A program made the position numbers and the translations under genes. This document shows, in pieces, positions 56,037 through 64,000 of a stretch of DNA of 64,000 nucleotides. Source of the stretch: Octopus sinensis (Eukaryota); the NCBI RefSeq assembly GCF_006345805.1, contig NC_042999.1, positions 170,562,001 to 170,626,000 on the forward strand, written 5' to 3'. Under the pieces are notes generated by a model. It saw only the letters and a program-made list of their open reading frames with translations, was not told the origin of the DNA and ran no database searches. Positions within the stretch are counted from its first letter, which is position 1. Every line of letters starts with the position of its first letter.

Positions 56037-56799
56037 TTTCTTTCTAGCTTTCTTTCCCTCTTTCTAGCTTTCTTTGTTTCCTTCTTTCTAGCTTTGTTTC
56101 CTTCTTTCTTTCTTTCTTTTCCTCTTTCTAGCTTTGTTTCCTTCTTTCTTTCTTTCTTTTCCTCTTTCTTTTTTTCTTTCTTTCTTTCTTTCTTTCTTCT
56201 TTCTAGCTTTGTTTCTTCTTCTTTCTTTCTTTCTTTCTTCTTTTTCCTTCTTTCTAGCTTTGTTTCCTTCCTTCTTTCTTTCTTTCTTTCCCTCTTTCTT
56301 TCTTTCTTTCTTTCTTTGTTTCCTTCTTTCTAGCTTTGTTTCCTTCCTTCTTTCTTTCTTTCCCTCTTTCTTTCTTTCTTTCTTTCTTTGTTTCCTTCTT
56401 TCTAGCTTTGTTTCCTTCCTTCTTTCTTTCTTTCTTTCTTTCCCTCTTTCTTTCTTTCTTTCTTTCTTTGTTTCCTTCTTTCTAGCTTTGTTTCCTTCCT
56501 TCTTTCTTTCTTTCCCTCTTTCTTTCTTTCCTTCTTTCTTTCCCTCTTTCTAGCTTTCTTTGTTTCCTTCCTTCCTTCTTTCTTTCTTTCTTTCTTTCTT
56601 TCTTTGTTTCCTTCCTTCTTTCTTTCTTTCCTTCTTTCTTTCTTTCTTTCTTTCTTTCCCTCTTTCTAGCTTTCTTTGTTTCCTTCTTTCTAGCTTTGTT
56701 TCCTCCCTTCTTTCTTTTCTTTCTTTCTTTCCCTCTTTCTAGATTTCTTTCTTTCGTTTCCACCCTAATACACCGCTATGGCTAAAGTCTCTTCTTTCG

Positions 56800-56834
<35 letters not shown>

Positions 56835-58957
56835 TGCTAAGTCTACCTTGATATTGCCTCGACGGAATAAGTTCTACAAGTTCAAAACGACCTACGTTCT
56901 CTCTTTGCTGTTTGTCTGCTTATAAATCCTAGAACTTGATAAGCACCAACATATTATATACACTTGTATTTTGCTTTCTACAACAAATTATTCAGTTCAC
57001 TCTTTAATACACGGATATATCTATATACATTCTCACAAATCGTTACGGTTATTCGTCGGTATGCTGTTAATTCATTGGTACATTCCCTATTGAATTGCAT
57101 ATTATTTCAAACATGGATACATAAACCATGTGCTGTCTACGTAAGTTTAAAATTTTTCTACTAACAAGTTCGGGAGAAGCCTACTTTCTCTTGGTATATA
57201 GAAAATGAGAGGAAAAAATACATGTCGTCAGCTTTTCGAATATTGTTTTTAATTTCCTATAAACCTTTACCAATAAAACAATTTATTTCATAACTTTGAC
57301 ATTTAAAAAAATTTCATTTCTGAAATAATTCTGAATAAATTTAGAAAAAGTCTAAATAAGAAATCTTTCATGTTTTTCTTTTCTTCCTTTTTTACACTTT
57401 TCACAGATTATTGGAATCGCATCTGCCACAAAATACTTAATTTTGGCTGGAATATTCTCTGCCACTTTATCTTCGGCTCTTGCAAGTTTAGTCAGCGCTC
57501 CAAAAGTTTTGCAAGTAAATACTCGGAACAAAAGTTTATTTTATTTTTGTGTTCTTTCTTGAATCATTTATTCATTGCCGCCTTTTAAAGAGGATACGTT
57601 GTATAATTGACTCCGAGTACACTCTTTTGAAAAATAATGTACTGGACTCAGCTTGAATGTTTTCCATCAAATCTACGCAAACATGTGTTAAACAACAATG
57701 ACCGTATTTTAGCTTAGTGATTTGGCCAGATCTGTTTCGCATATGATTACAGCGCCGATAACAGATTCATTAAGCCCTTGGCCAGTGGGCTAATATCGTA
57801 TTAGCACTACAACCCTATCATCATCATCATCATCATTATTATTATTATTGTTTTTATTGTTATTTCATACAGAATGTTTTGTATACTAAATATAAGTTTC
57901 TAGCAGAATAGTCTTCAGTACACTTTCGATTACTTCTTAGGATAATTTCATTTCAGATATTTTACTGCATGTGTCTAGAAAATGCATGGACGTTACTGCC
58001 TCTCTGATATCTGTCAGCTTTCATACCAATCAGAGGACAAATTATTTAGCTATTTACTTATTTTTGAGTTGTGGACTTAATCCGTCTCCTGATATCACGC
58101 TACTACCATTATCTTGCCATGGGGGGGGGTCTTTAATGGAATACATTCTATTGAAAACATTGCCGCCAGGTCTCTGGGGTTGTAAGAAGGTAAAGCGATT
58201 TGCATTTCGCTCAGTCGATATTCCGAGGATTTAGTGCCAATAAAGCAATGGTGAGGAGCGGCACAAAGCAATAGTATGAAACATCCTTCTTTTATATATT
58301 CGAATTATTCACTTCTGATTTCTAAAACCGAATCACAAAATTGCATCTCTCAAGATGTCCACGTTTATTCTGGAAGAGCAATACTGTGTTTGAACTTAAG
58401 ATTTCGATTTTAACACATAGATTCGCTTCTGGATCGTATTGAAGACATTGCTCATGAGTTCATCTAATTAAATGGATAGTATGAAGTATACAAGTAATAC
58501 TAGAAATGTACGAGCGCTGTAAAATTAATGGCTGTGTCAATGAATTGACCTGAACTGAGATGAAACACTCAATGAAGCGAAATAAACTGATTCGGTCAGG
58601 TTGACATATTCAACGTACTCTCTATATGAGGTGGGAATTTCGGTCATTTTCTCCCATCAAATTTCAGGTCGTAGGAAATTAATAGAGTCCGGCATACACA
58701 TTACGATAGTAATTTATCTGATATATTATATGAAAACTGCGACTTTGTAAATTACTTGTAGTTTACTTGTCTATAATCCGAATAAATAGTAATCTAAAAG
58801 ATTATCATACTTTATTTTCCGTTGCTTCTCTAGGCTGTTGGCAAAGATAAAATATATCCTTGTCTATTTTATTTCGCCAAAGAATCCGGTCGGAACAGAG
58901 ACCCAAGAAGAGCCATCTTAATCAGCTTCGTTATATGTTTGGCCATGATCTGTTTAG
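33841..58957 (+). CDS. SLC12A2: SLC12 cation-chloride cotransporter, NKCC1/SLC12A2-like; 10 coding exons, 3' part outside the window
   Basis: Spliced exons give [96 protein letters not shown], all NKCC/NCC hallmark segments. All introns are GT-AG with consistent phases. The symbol is a nearest-family label; an invertebrate gene may be co-orthologous to SLC12A1/2/3. Confidence 0.93.
34760..34918 (-). mobile_element. SINE family A
   Basis: Reverse-complement body and head. Confidence 0.85.
35130..35960 (-). mobile_element. Highly degraded non-LTR RT fragment
   Basis: Minus-strand remnants [17 protein letters not shown] and [10 protein letters not shown] resemble Jockey/CR1-group RT; many stops and shifts. 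Confidence 0.55.
36647..36982 (-). mobile_element. Solo PLE pseudo-LTR module: tRNA-like head, (TAA)n, deleted HHR, inverted end
   Basis: Homologous to 55140-55400; 44-bp inverted repeat 36647-36690/36905-36948; flanking direct repeat AAGAAAACATTTA at 36634-36646 and 36983-36995. Confidence 0.8.
37003..37261. mobile_element. hAT/Charlie-type MITE
   Basis: TIRs CAGCGGTTCTCAACC / GGTCGAAAACCCCTG; 8-bp TSD ATTTATAG / ATCTATAG. Confidence 0.8.
37378..37752 (-). mobile_element. SINE family B, full length
   Basis: Reverse complement of the 4416-type element with an internal (CA)n. Confidence 0.88.
38000..38751 (+). mobile_element. Degraded RTE-type LINE 3' fragment
   Basis: RT C-terminal-like remnants, 3' ggctcaacccaccctgggtgaacgccg and a caagta-type tail. 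Confidence 0.55.
39836..40240 (+). mobile_element. SINE family A dimer
   Basis: Two bodies with the same junction as at 5717 and 27680. Confidence 0.85.
40431..40755. mobile_element. MITE with long (~90 bp) imperfect TIRs
   Basis: ggtcattttttcttgccaaataaacacatgcactatat pairs with atatagtgcgtgtgtttatttggcaaa...tgacc; TA-rich flanks. Confidence 0.75.
40829..40915 (+). CDS. NKCC-like exon [29 protein letters not shown]
   Basis: tttggcag acceptor, TTG|GTGAG donor, KFGWIEGVL motif, phase 0/0. Confidence 0.85.
40985..41393. mobile_element. hAT-type MITE
   Basis: TIRs CAGGGCCGGATTAA / TTAATCCAGCGTTG; perfect 8-bp TSD GTTTAGCC (40977-40984, 41394-41401). Confidence 0.85.
42610..42781 (+). CDS. NKCC-like exon TM1-TM2 ([12 protein letters not shown]...TNGEVRG)
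   Basis: tttcag acceptor, G|GTATG donor, 172 nt. Confidence 0.95.
43896..44035 (+). CDS. NKCC-like exon ([17 protein letters not shown]...[11 protein letters not shown])
   Basis: cttag acceptor, GAG|GTAAG donor, 140 nt. Confidence 0.95.
44681..45039. mobile_element. Foldback (almost wholly palindromic) element
   Basis: Arms of ~150 bp match, e.g. ccattttcgagtacggagattctgattctgcaaaa vs ttttgcagaatcagaatctccgtactcgaaaatgg; ends GGCGGAC/GTCCGCC. Confidence 0.85.
46005..46521 (-). mobile_element. Non-autonomous Helitron, copy 1 (517 bp)
   Basis: Minus strand TCTATATATATAAAAC...CCCGAGCAACGCCGGGCGATACTGCTAG, AT target; near-identical to 62737-63242. Confidence 0.9.
46537..46650 (+). CDS. NKCC-like exon ([18 protein letters not shown]...GMAWESK)
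   Basis: ttacag acceptor, AAG|GTAAGC donor, 114 nt. Confidence 0.93.
46775..46886 (+). CDS. NKCC-like exon ([23 protein letters not shown]...GFIGYN)
   Basis: ccag acceptor, G|GTAAGT donor, 112 nt. Confidence 0.93.
47081..47205 (+). CDS. NKCC-like exon TM6 ([37 protein letters not shown])
   Basis: tttcag acceptor, AAG|GTATAT donor, 125 nt. Confidence 0.95.
48432..48800 (-). mobile_element. SINE family B, full length
   Basis: As above. Further diverged or partial copies near 20780, 24226, 28760, 29380, 34607, 43340, 45090, 47250, 47640, 48040. Confidence 0.88.
48837..49329. mobile_element. MITE with ~150 bp TIRs (TA-flanked, Tc1/mariner-like)
   Basis: tattagagggaaaccactatgtggacac... pairs with ...gtgtccacatagtggtttccctctaata. 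Confidence 0.85.
49539..49781 (+). CDS. NKCC-like exon TM7 and extracellular loop ([10 protein letters not shown]...[16 protein letters not shown])
   Basis: ttttgtag acceptor, ATG|GTAGGT donor, 243 nt. Confidence 0.93.
49890..54903 (-). mobile_element. Helitron (RepHel), frameshifted and internally deleted, in an NKCC intron
   Basis: Minus strand starts TC and ends CTAG, in an A|T target, with a subterminal GC hairpin. Rep motifs [32 protein letters not shown]; zinc finger CQFC...CC; N-terminal ETPQQR repeats; Pif1 remnants [41 protein letters not shown]. Confidence 0.95.
55140..55900 (-). mobile_element. Penelope-like element 3' part: GIY-YIG endonuclease C-terminus plus pseudo-LTR
   Basis: Minus strand [32 protein letters not shown] and [27 protein letters not shown], followed by a tRNA-like segment and an HHR motif. 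Confidence 0.82.
55212..55257 (-). ncRNA. Type I hammerhead ribozyme motif (stem II mutated)
   Basis: GACAC-CUGAUGA-AGGCUG...GAGAC-GAAAC-GUU-GUGUU; core intact, stem I pairs, palindromic stem III AACGUU. Confidence 0.7.
55925..56760 (+). repeat. Long polypyrimidine (TTTC)n-derived tract with higher-order units
   Basis: About 830 bp, with recurring ttctagctttgtttcc motif. Confidence 0.95.
57407..57514 (+). CDS. NKCC-like exon TM8 ([36 protein letters not shown])
   Basis: ttcacag acceptor, CAA|GTAAAT donor, 108 nt. Confidence 0.95.
58834..58957 (+). CDS. NKCC-like exon ([41 protein letters not shown])
   Basis: ctctag acceptor, G|GTAAGT donor, 124 nt; matches the ALCKDNIYP...NNEPLRG segment of NKCC. 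Confidence 0.92.
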
Positions 58958-60519
58958 GTAAGTATATTAGCTGTATCTAGCTGCGTAATTTCTACTAAAG
59001 AAACTTCTTTGATGTGGTTAGTACGAGAGTTAGTGAAAGACATATGAAAGATAATATAGAAATCTATGCATCATAATCGAACTTCTTTGATTAAACACAG
59101 GCTAGTTTTGTTAAAGAAAGAGACTAGTACGTTGACTCAACCTATTTACATTACTGGTAGTCAATTGAGCCAAAGAAGTAGCCGGTATGTGGTTGCTCGA
59201 CCATGTAGAAATAGCAGCCAGCTCGCTCAAATCATACCTAAAATAAGGAAAGGAAATATTGGTTAATATCCTTGACATACTCTTAAAAATATTGGATGAT
59301 CACGGCTTGACTACTTTTGAGCATAGGTCTGCCTAATTTGTGTAGGCTTAGGGATAATGACTAACCAGCTCTTGAAGGTTTTGGACTTAGAATTTACAAA
59401 GACGAAAATTTCTAAGGCAGTTACAGGTATAAGTATGGATGTGCAGTAGATGGAAACTGTATGGAAGTCCGTCACACACGCAGGCGTGTTTTCTCATTGT
59501 TATCGCTTATGCGACGGTTGTGTCAGGTTTAGTTGAACAAAAATACTTTGAAAAAAAAATCCCAGAATCAGTTTAATAAATGCTTAGCCCTATGTGTTGA
59601 GCAACAAGAGAAAGTTTTACAGCTAAAAACGATCAACTAATTTATATTTAAGTGACATTGTATCAGTTTATATTTCCCTATTGGTTGTTGTTGCTGTTTA
59701 GCCCCTGGTCAGCCATGATGGAGCTGATCTATGGTGAATAGGGGATTACATTATCGTAGGTGCGTTTTTTTTTCTCTTAAACGCAGAAGGTTGAAATTTT
59801 AAGTGAAGTTAGGATATTGCACTCTAGATCGTAAGATCGTGGACCGAGCGCTACATTGTTCTTGAGCAAGACTTCATTTATCGCCTTTACAGTACTTTCA
59901 GCTGGAGATGAGTAACCCTGCGACGTACTAGCGTCTAGTCCAGGGGAAATGTGATTTCCGTTTATGCGCGATGAAAACAGGGAAACAGGTCCTATGAGCC
60001 CTGAGACTCAAGAGAGTAACGTCAGGGACTGATGATGTTGGTTGTAAATTGAGGCTAATATGGCTCCTATTTCTCTTTGATTACCTTCTTCGCAGAGGTT
60101 GCTATCTGAGGTGAATTGTAATCTACAACAAAAAAAAAAAAGAAAGAAACTGAACTTCATTTTTTATCTCAGTTAACTGGGGCAGTGACATATGTGTATA
60201 TATATATTGTGTATATATATATATATATTGTTAACTGGGGCAGTGGCAAATGTGTTTAACACAGAAACCTGGAATGTTTCTGTCTTAAATGAGAAAGTTT
60301 TTAACTTTACACTGAGGAAACTCCTGCAAGGGTGAACGGCGTGAAATTGTGTTCTTAAAATAGTACTTTAGGTCATGCGTGACGCTCGTCGATGACTACT
60401 GAGGTGTGTCGTATCTGCTCTACAGAGCACTCTTTCTTCTCAGCATTTCCCCTTTATCGTTATCGTTGTCTTTGGATGTCTAAAGGTACATGTATACCTT
60501 AGGTGTTAGGTGTGGTGTG

Positions 60520-60526
60520 GTGTGTA

Positions 60527-60576
<50 letters not shown>

Positions 60577-60652
60577 GGTCCTTTTACATACTGAATACTT
60601 GGTGAAATTGATTAATAACTAATTAATTTTACCCTCAATTGTTGAAATTATA

Positions 60653-60722
<70 letters not shown>

Positions 60723-61362
60723 TATATATCTTGCGCATGTGTATATATATATATATATTGTATGTATATATAAATTGTATATTGTATATATATATTGTAT
60801 GTATATATATATTGTATGTATATTGTATATATGTATTGTATATATTATTGTATGTATATTGTATATATATATATTGTATATATATATTGTATATATATAT
60901 ATATTGTATATATATGTATATATATATGTATGTATATATATATATGTATATATATATATGTATGGTATATATATAATTGTATATATAGTATGTAATATAT
61001 ATATATTGTATATATATGTATATATAATATATTGTATATTATGTATATATATATATATATGTATATTTATGTATATATATATATATATTGTATAGATTTA
61101 TATTTGTATATATATATTGTATATATATATATATATATTGTATATATATATTGTATAATATATATTGTATATATATATTGTATATATATATATTGTATAT
61201 ATATATTGTATATATATATTGTATATATATATTGTATATATATATATATATTGTAGATATATATTGTATATATATATATATTGTATATATATATATATTG
61301 TATATATATATATATTGTGTGTATATATTATATTGTTATAATATATATTATATATAATATAT

Positions 61363-61400
<38 letters not shown>
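60520..61400 (+). repeat. (TA)n tract with periodic TTG interruptions; similar tracts 62480-62735 and 63243-63510
   Basis: Directly visible. Other simple repeats at 861-913, 1153-1280, 2960-3200, 13200-13620, 16460-17090, 29860-30120. Confidence 0.95.
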
Positions 61401-61407
<7 letters not shown>

Positions 61408-61466
61408 TAAAGATATAAATATATGAAAGAATGGAGCTGAATGAACGAATTAACAAAATTCCTTTA

Positions 61467-61549
61467 TTTTCGACATATGTTTCGAAGGCTGCATATTCCT
61501 AATTGTGAAGGGATGAGGAGTACATTATGCCGCTTTCTCATCAGGAAAA
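61467..61549 (-). ncRNA. Type I hammerhead ribozyme, intact core
   Basis: Same fold on the minus strand; predicted cleavage after the base at 61472. Confidence 0.85.
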
Positions 61550-62205
61550 GCAAGGAACTTATGTTAACATCAAAATGCACAAAAAACCTTTAGATGATTG
61601 CTCACACGGAGCCCATAGCTATAATGAGTGTCTCTTTAAAATATTCCTTTATAAGGAGTGACGTCAAAATGGTTGGATATAGAAGATTCTAGAAGGTTCT
61701 AAAGGTTCAAGGGTTCAAACGAAGTTGGAGGAGAGAGGCATAAGAATAGGAAGGTGAAAGGGTGCAGGTCATATGAATGGTGGATTTTGTTAATTTCTTT
61801 TGTGAATGGGTGCCTGTGTGTGTGACTGTATATAACTGCATTAATGTGTGTGTTTGTGTATGTGTGTGCGTGATTGTGTATGTGGATGGGTAGGTGTCAG
61901 AAAACAGACAGTGGTGAGGTGAGAGGTTTGTGTCTGTGTGTTTGATTGTGCTTACTATAGAAAGAGGGAAATAGAGAGAGAAAGGGGAGGGCGAAGTAGG
62001 TGGACTAAGGCAACACATACCTCACTGGATTGGGTAGTAGTTCTTTGAAAGTATAAAAAAAATTTTTATGACTATGGGGGTGACATATGAAAAAAAAGAA
62101 GTTATATTAATTAAAATTCAAGGGGTTATCTATATTAATCATTATTCATATGAGTGATCATCTAAAGGTTTTTGGTGCATTTTGATGTTGACATAAGTTC
62201 CTTGC

Positions 62206-62288
62206 TTTTCCTGATGAGAAAGCGGCATTATGTACTCCTCATTCCTTCGCAATTAGGAATATGCAGCCTTCGAAACATATGTCGAAAA
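62206..62288 (+). ncRNA. Type I hammerhead ribozyme, intact core
   Basis: UUUUC-CUGAUGA-GAAAGCGGCAU...AUGCAGCCUUC-GAAAC-AUAU-GUC-GAAAA; predicted cleavage after C62283. Confidence 0.85.
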
Positions 62289-62552
62289 TACAGGAATTTT
62301 GTTAATTCGAAGTTCAGCTCCATTCTTTCATATATTTATATCTTTAAAATAAAACATACAAATTTCCACACGAAAGCGCGTAATCTATGCCTAGGCACGT
62401 AACTTCAACGTGTTTTATGATGTGAATTTGCTACCCAGGTATCGGTTAATTCGAATTATCTTAATAAGATAATTCATTCAACTACTCAAATATATATATA
62501 TATAATATATATATTTTGTGTGTATATATATATATATATTATATATTGTGTG

Positions 62553-62593
<41 letters not shown>

Positions 62594-62651
62594 ATATATA
62601 TATATATATTGTGTATATATATTATATATATTGTGTTATATATATATATAT

Positions 62652-62736
<85 letters not shown>

Positions 62737-62737
<1 letters not shown>

Positions 62738-63242
62738 TAGCAGTATCGCCCGGCGTTGCTCGAGTTTGTAAGGGAAATAACTATATAAGCATTTTAGAGA
62801 GTTACTTCCTTTATAGATGCCAATTCGGGCTTTCTTAGCCATTTCTGTTTTGGTGTCTTCAAGTCATGAAGTCGTTGTTCTAAAAGAAACGCTGGTCTCC
62901 TTGACAACGCATTACGACGTTGATTTCCTTAAACTCCCTTCCCCACAGCTTCACGAGGGAGGGAAGAAGGGGGAGAAGCAAACACAGGTGCAGGTGTTGA
63001 GCGTGGACGCCAACTCCGCCGCCATCGACACACGAAAAATTATGCATTAAAATGGAATAAAAAATGATCTTAAATTATTTTTAAAATCGTAGACGCGCGC
63101 TAATAGCCAGACGGGCTTGATATTAATCACGACTATAAGATACCCGAATTGGTTTAAACTGCACCGCCGCAAATGTGGGAGGAGTTAGGAATCTAAATCG
63201 TAGGAGACAGACACTCACACAACTACAGTTTATATATATAGA
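62737..63242 (-). mobile_element. Non-autonomous Helitron, copy 2
   Basis: Same termini and internal sequence as 46005-46521; inserted in a (TA)n tract. Confidence 0.9.
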
Positions 63243-63514
63243 TATATTGTGTGTGTATTATATATATAATAGATATATATGTGTATATATATAATATATA
63301 TATATATATAATATATATATATATATATGTGTATATATATATATAGATATATATATAATATATTGTATATATTATATATATATATATATATTGTGTATAT
63401 ATATATATATTATATATATATATAATATTGTATATATATATAGTATATATATATGTATATATATATTGTGTAGTGTATTATTATATATATATTGTATATA
63501 TATATTGTTTGTAT

Positions 63515-64000
63515 TTTTTTAATCTAGTTTCAGCTCACAAGCTGTGGCCATGCTAGGGCACCGCCATTGGTGTTGCTACATGATTTTACTTCACGAATGC
63601 TTTTTAGCAACTGCCATTTGGTGCATGAGAGAGTTCGATGCAGCTGCCCTCATCTGCACCTCCTGCCGTGAAGTTGGTTCATCTGGGACACCTGACAAGA
63701 AGAGATCCAGTTTCATTTTAAAGACATCTGCATCCACCCCATACAGGTCTCTTAGGTTCTTCGGGAGGATATTGAAGAGCTGTGGGCCTCGGAAGCCCAG
63801 GCTATCACAGTATTTTGTCCTACATCTTGATGGCAAATTTGGAGTCCTTGGCACTATGCAGTGGCGCCCAGTTCTGGCATTTGTGTAACTCTCGATGCCA
63901 AAGTTCAGGACAAGTCCTTCTAGGATCTTCCAGATGTATATTATGGCATATCTTTCTCGCCTACGCTCTAAGGAATAGAGTCTCAATCTCTTGAGTCTTT
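63515..64000 (-). mobile_element. CR1/L2-type LINE 3' end (runs off the window)
   Basis: ORF 63591-63986 LYSLERRRERYAIIYIWKILEG...FKMKLDLFLSGVPDEP. Confidence 0.88.

Larger units (their letters stand above)
61405..62349. mobile_element. Inverted-repeat element with HHR-bearing ~200 bp arms (probable inverted PLE pseudo-LTRs)
   Basis: 61405-61604 is the reverse complement of 62151-62349 with few mismatches. Confidence 0.85.

Noticed and set aside
60085-60125. Candidate next NKCC exon after cttcgcag
   Set aside because: In-frame stop and no DLNxIAPIISNFFL match; the next exon is probably outside the window

Overview
Repeat-dense, AT-rich animal genomic DNA. The SINE, LINE and microsatellite content suggests a cephalopod such as Octopus; this is inference, not a database result. 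One host gene is supported: the 5' half of an SLC12 Na-K-Cl cotransporter (NKCC1/SLC12A2-like) on the + strand. Ten coding exons with GT-AG boundaries join in frame from 33841 to 58957, and the gene continues beyond the window. The rest is mobile DNA: decayed CR1/L2-type LINEs, RTE and L1/Tx1 fragments, four tRNA-derived SINE families, a 5 kb Helitron with a deleted helicase plus two non-autonomous partners, several MITE/foldback elements, and Penelope-like element (PLE) remnants. The most interesting unannotated layer is a set of type I hammerhead ribozyme (HHR) motifs. Two complete-looking HHRs sit in ~200 bp inverted arms at 61.4-62.3 kb, one of them sense to the transporter pre-mRNA. A PLE 3' end couples a tRNA-like Pol III promoter to an HHR (55.1-55.9 kb), and a solo copy of that module has its own 13-bp target-site duplication (36.6-37.0 kb). 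Repeat boundaries were read by eye and may be off by some bases.
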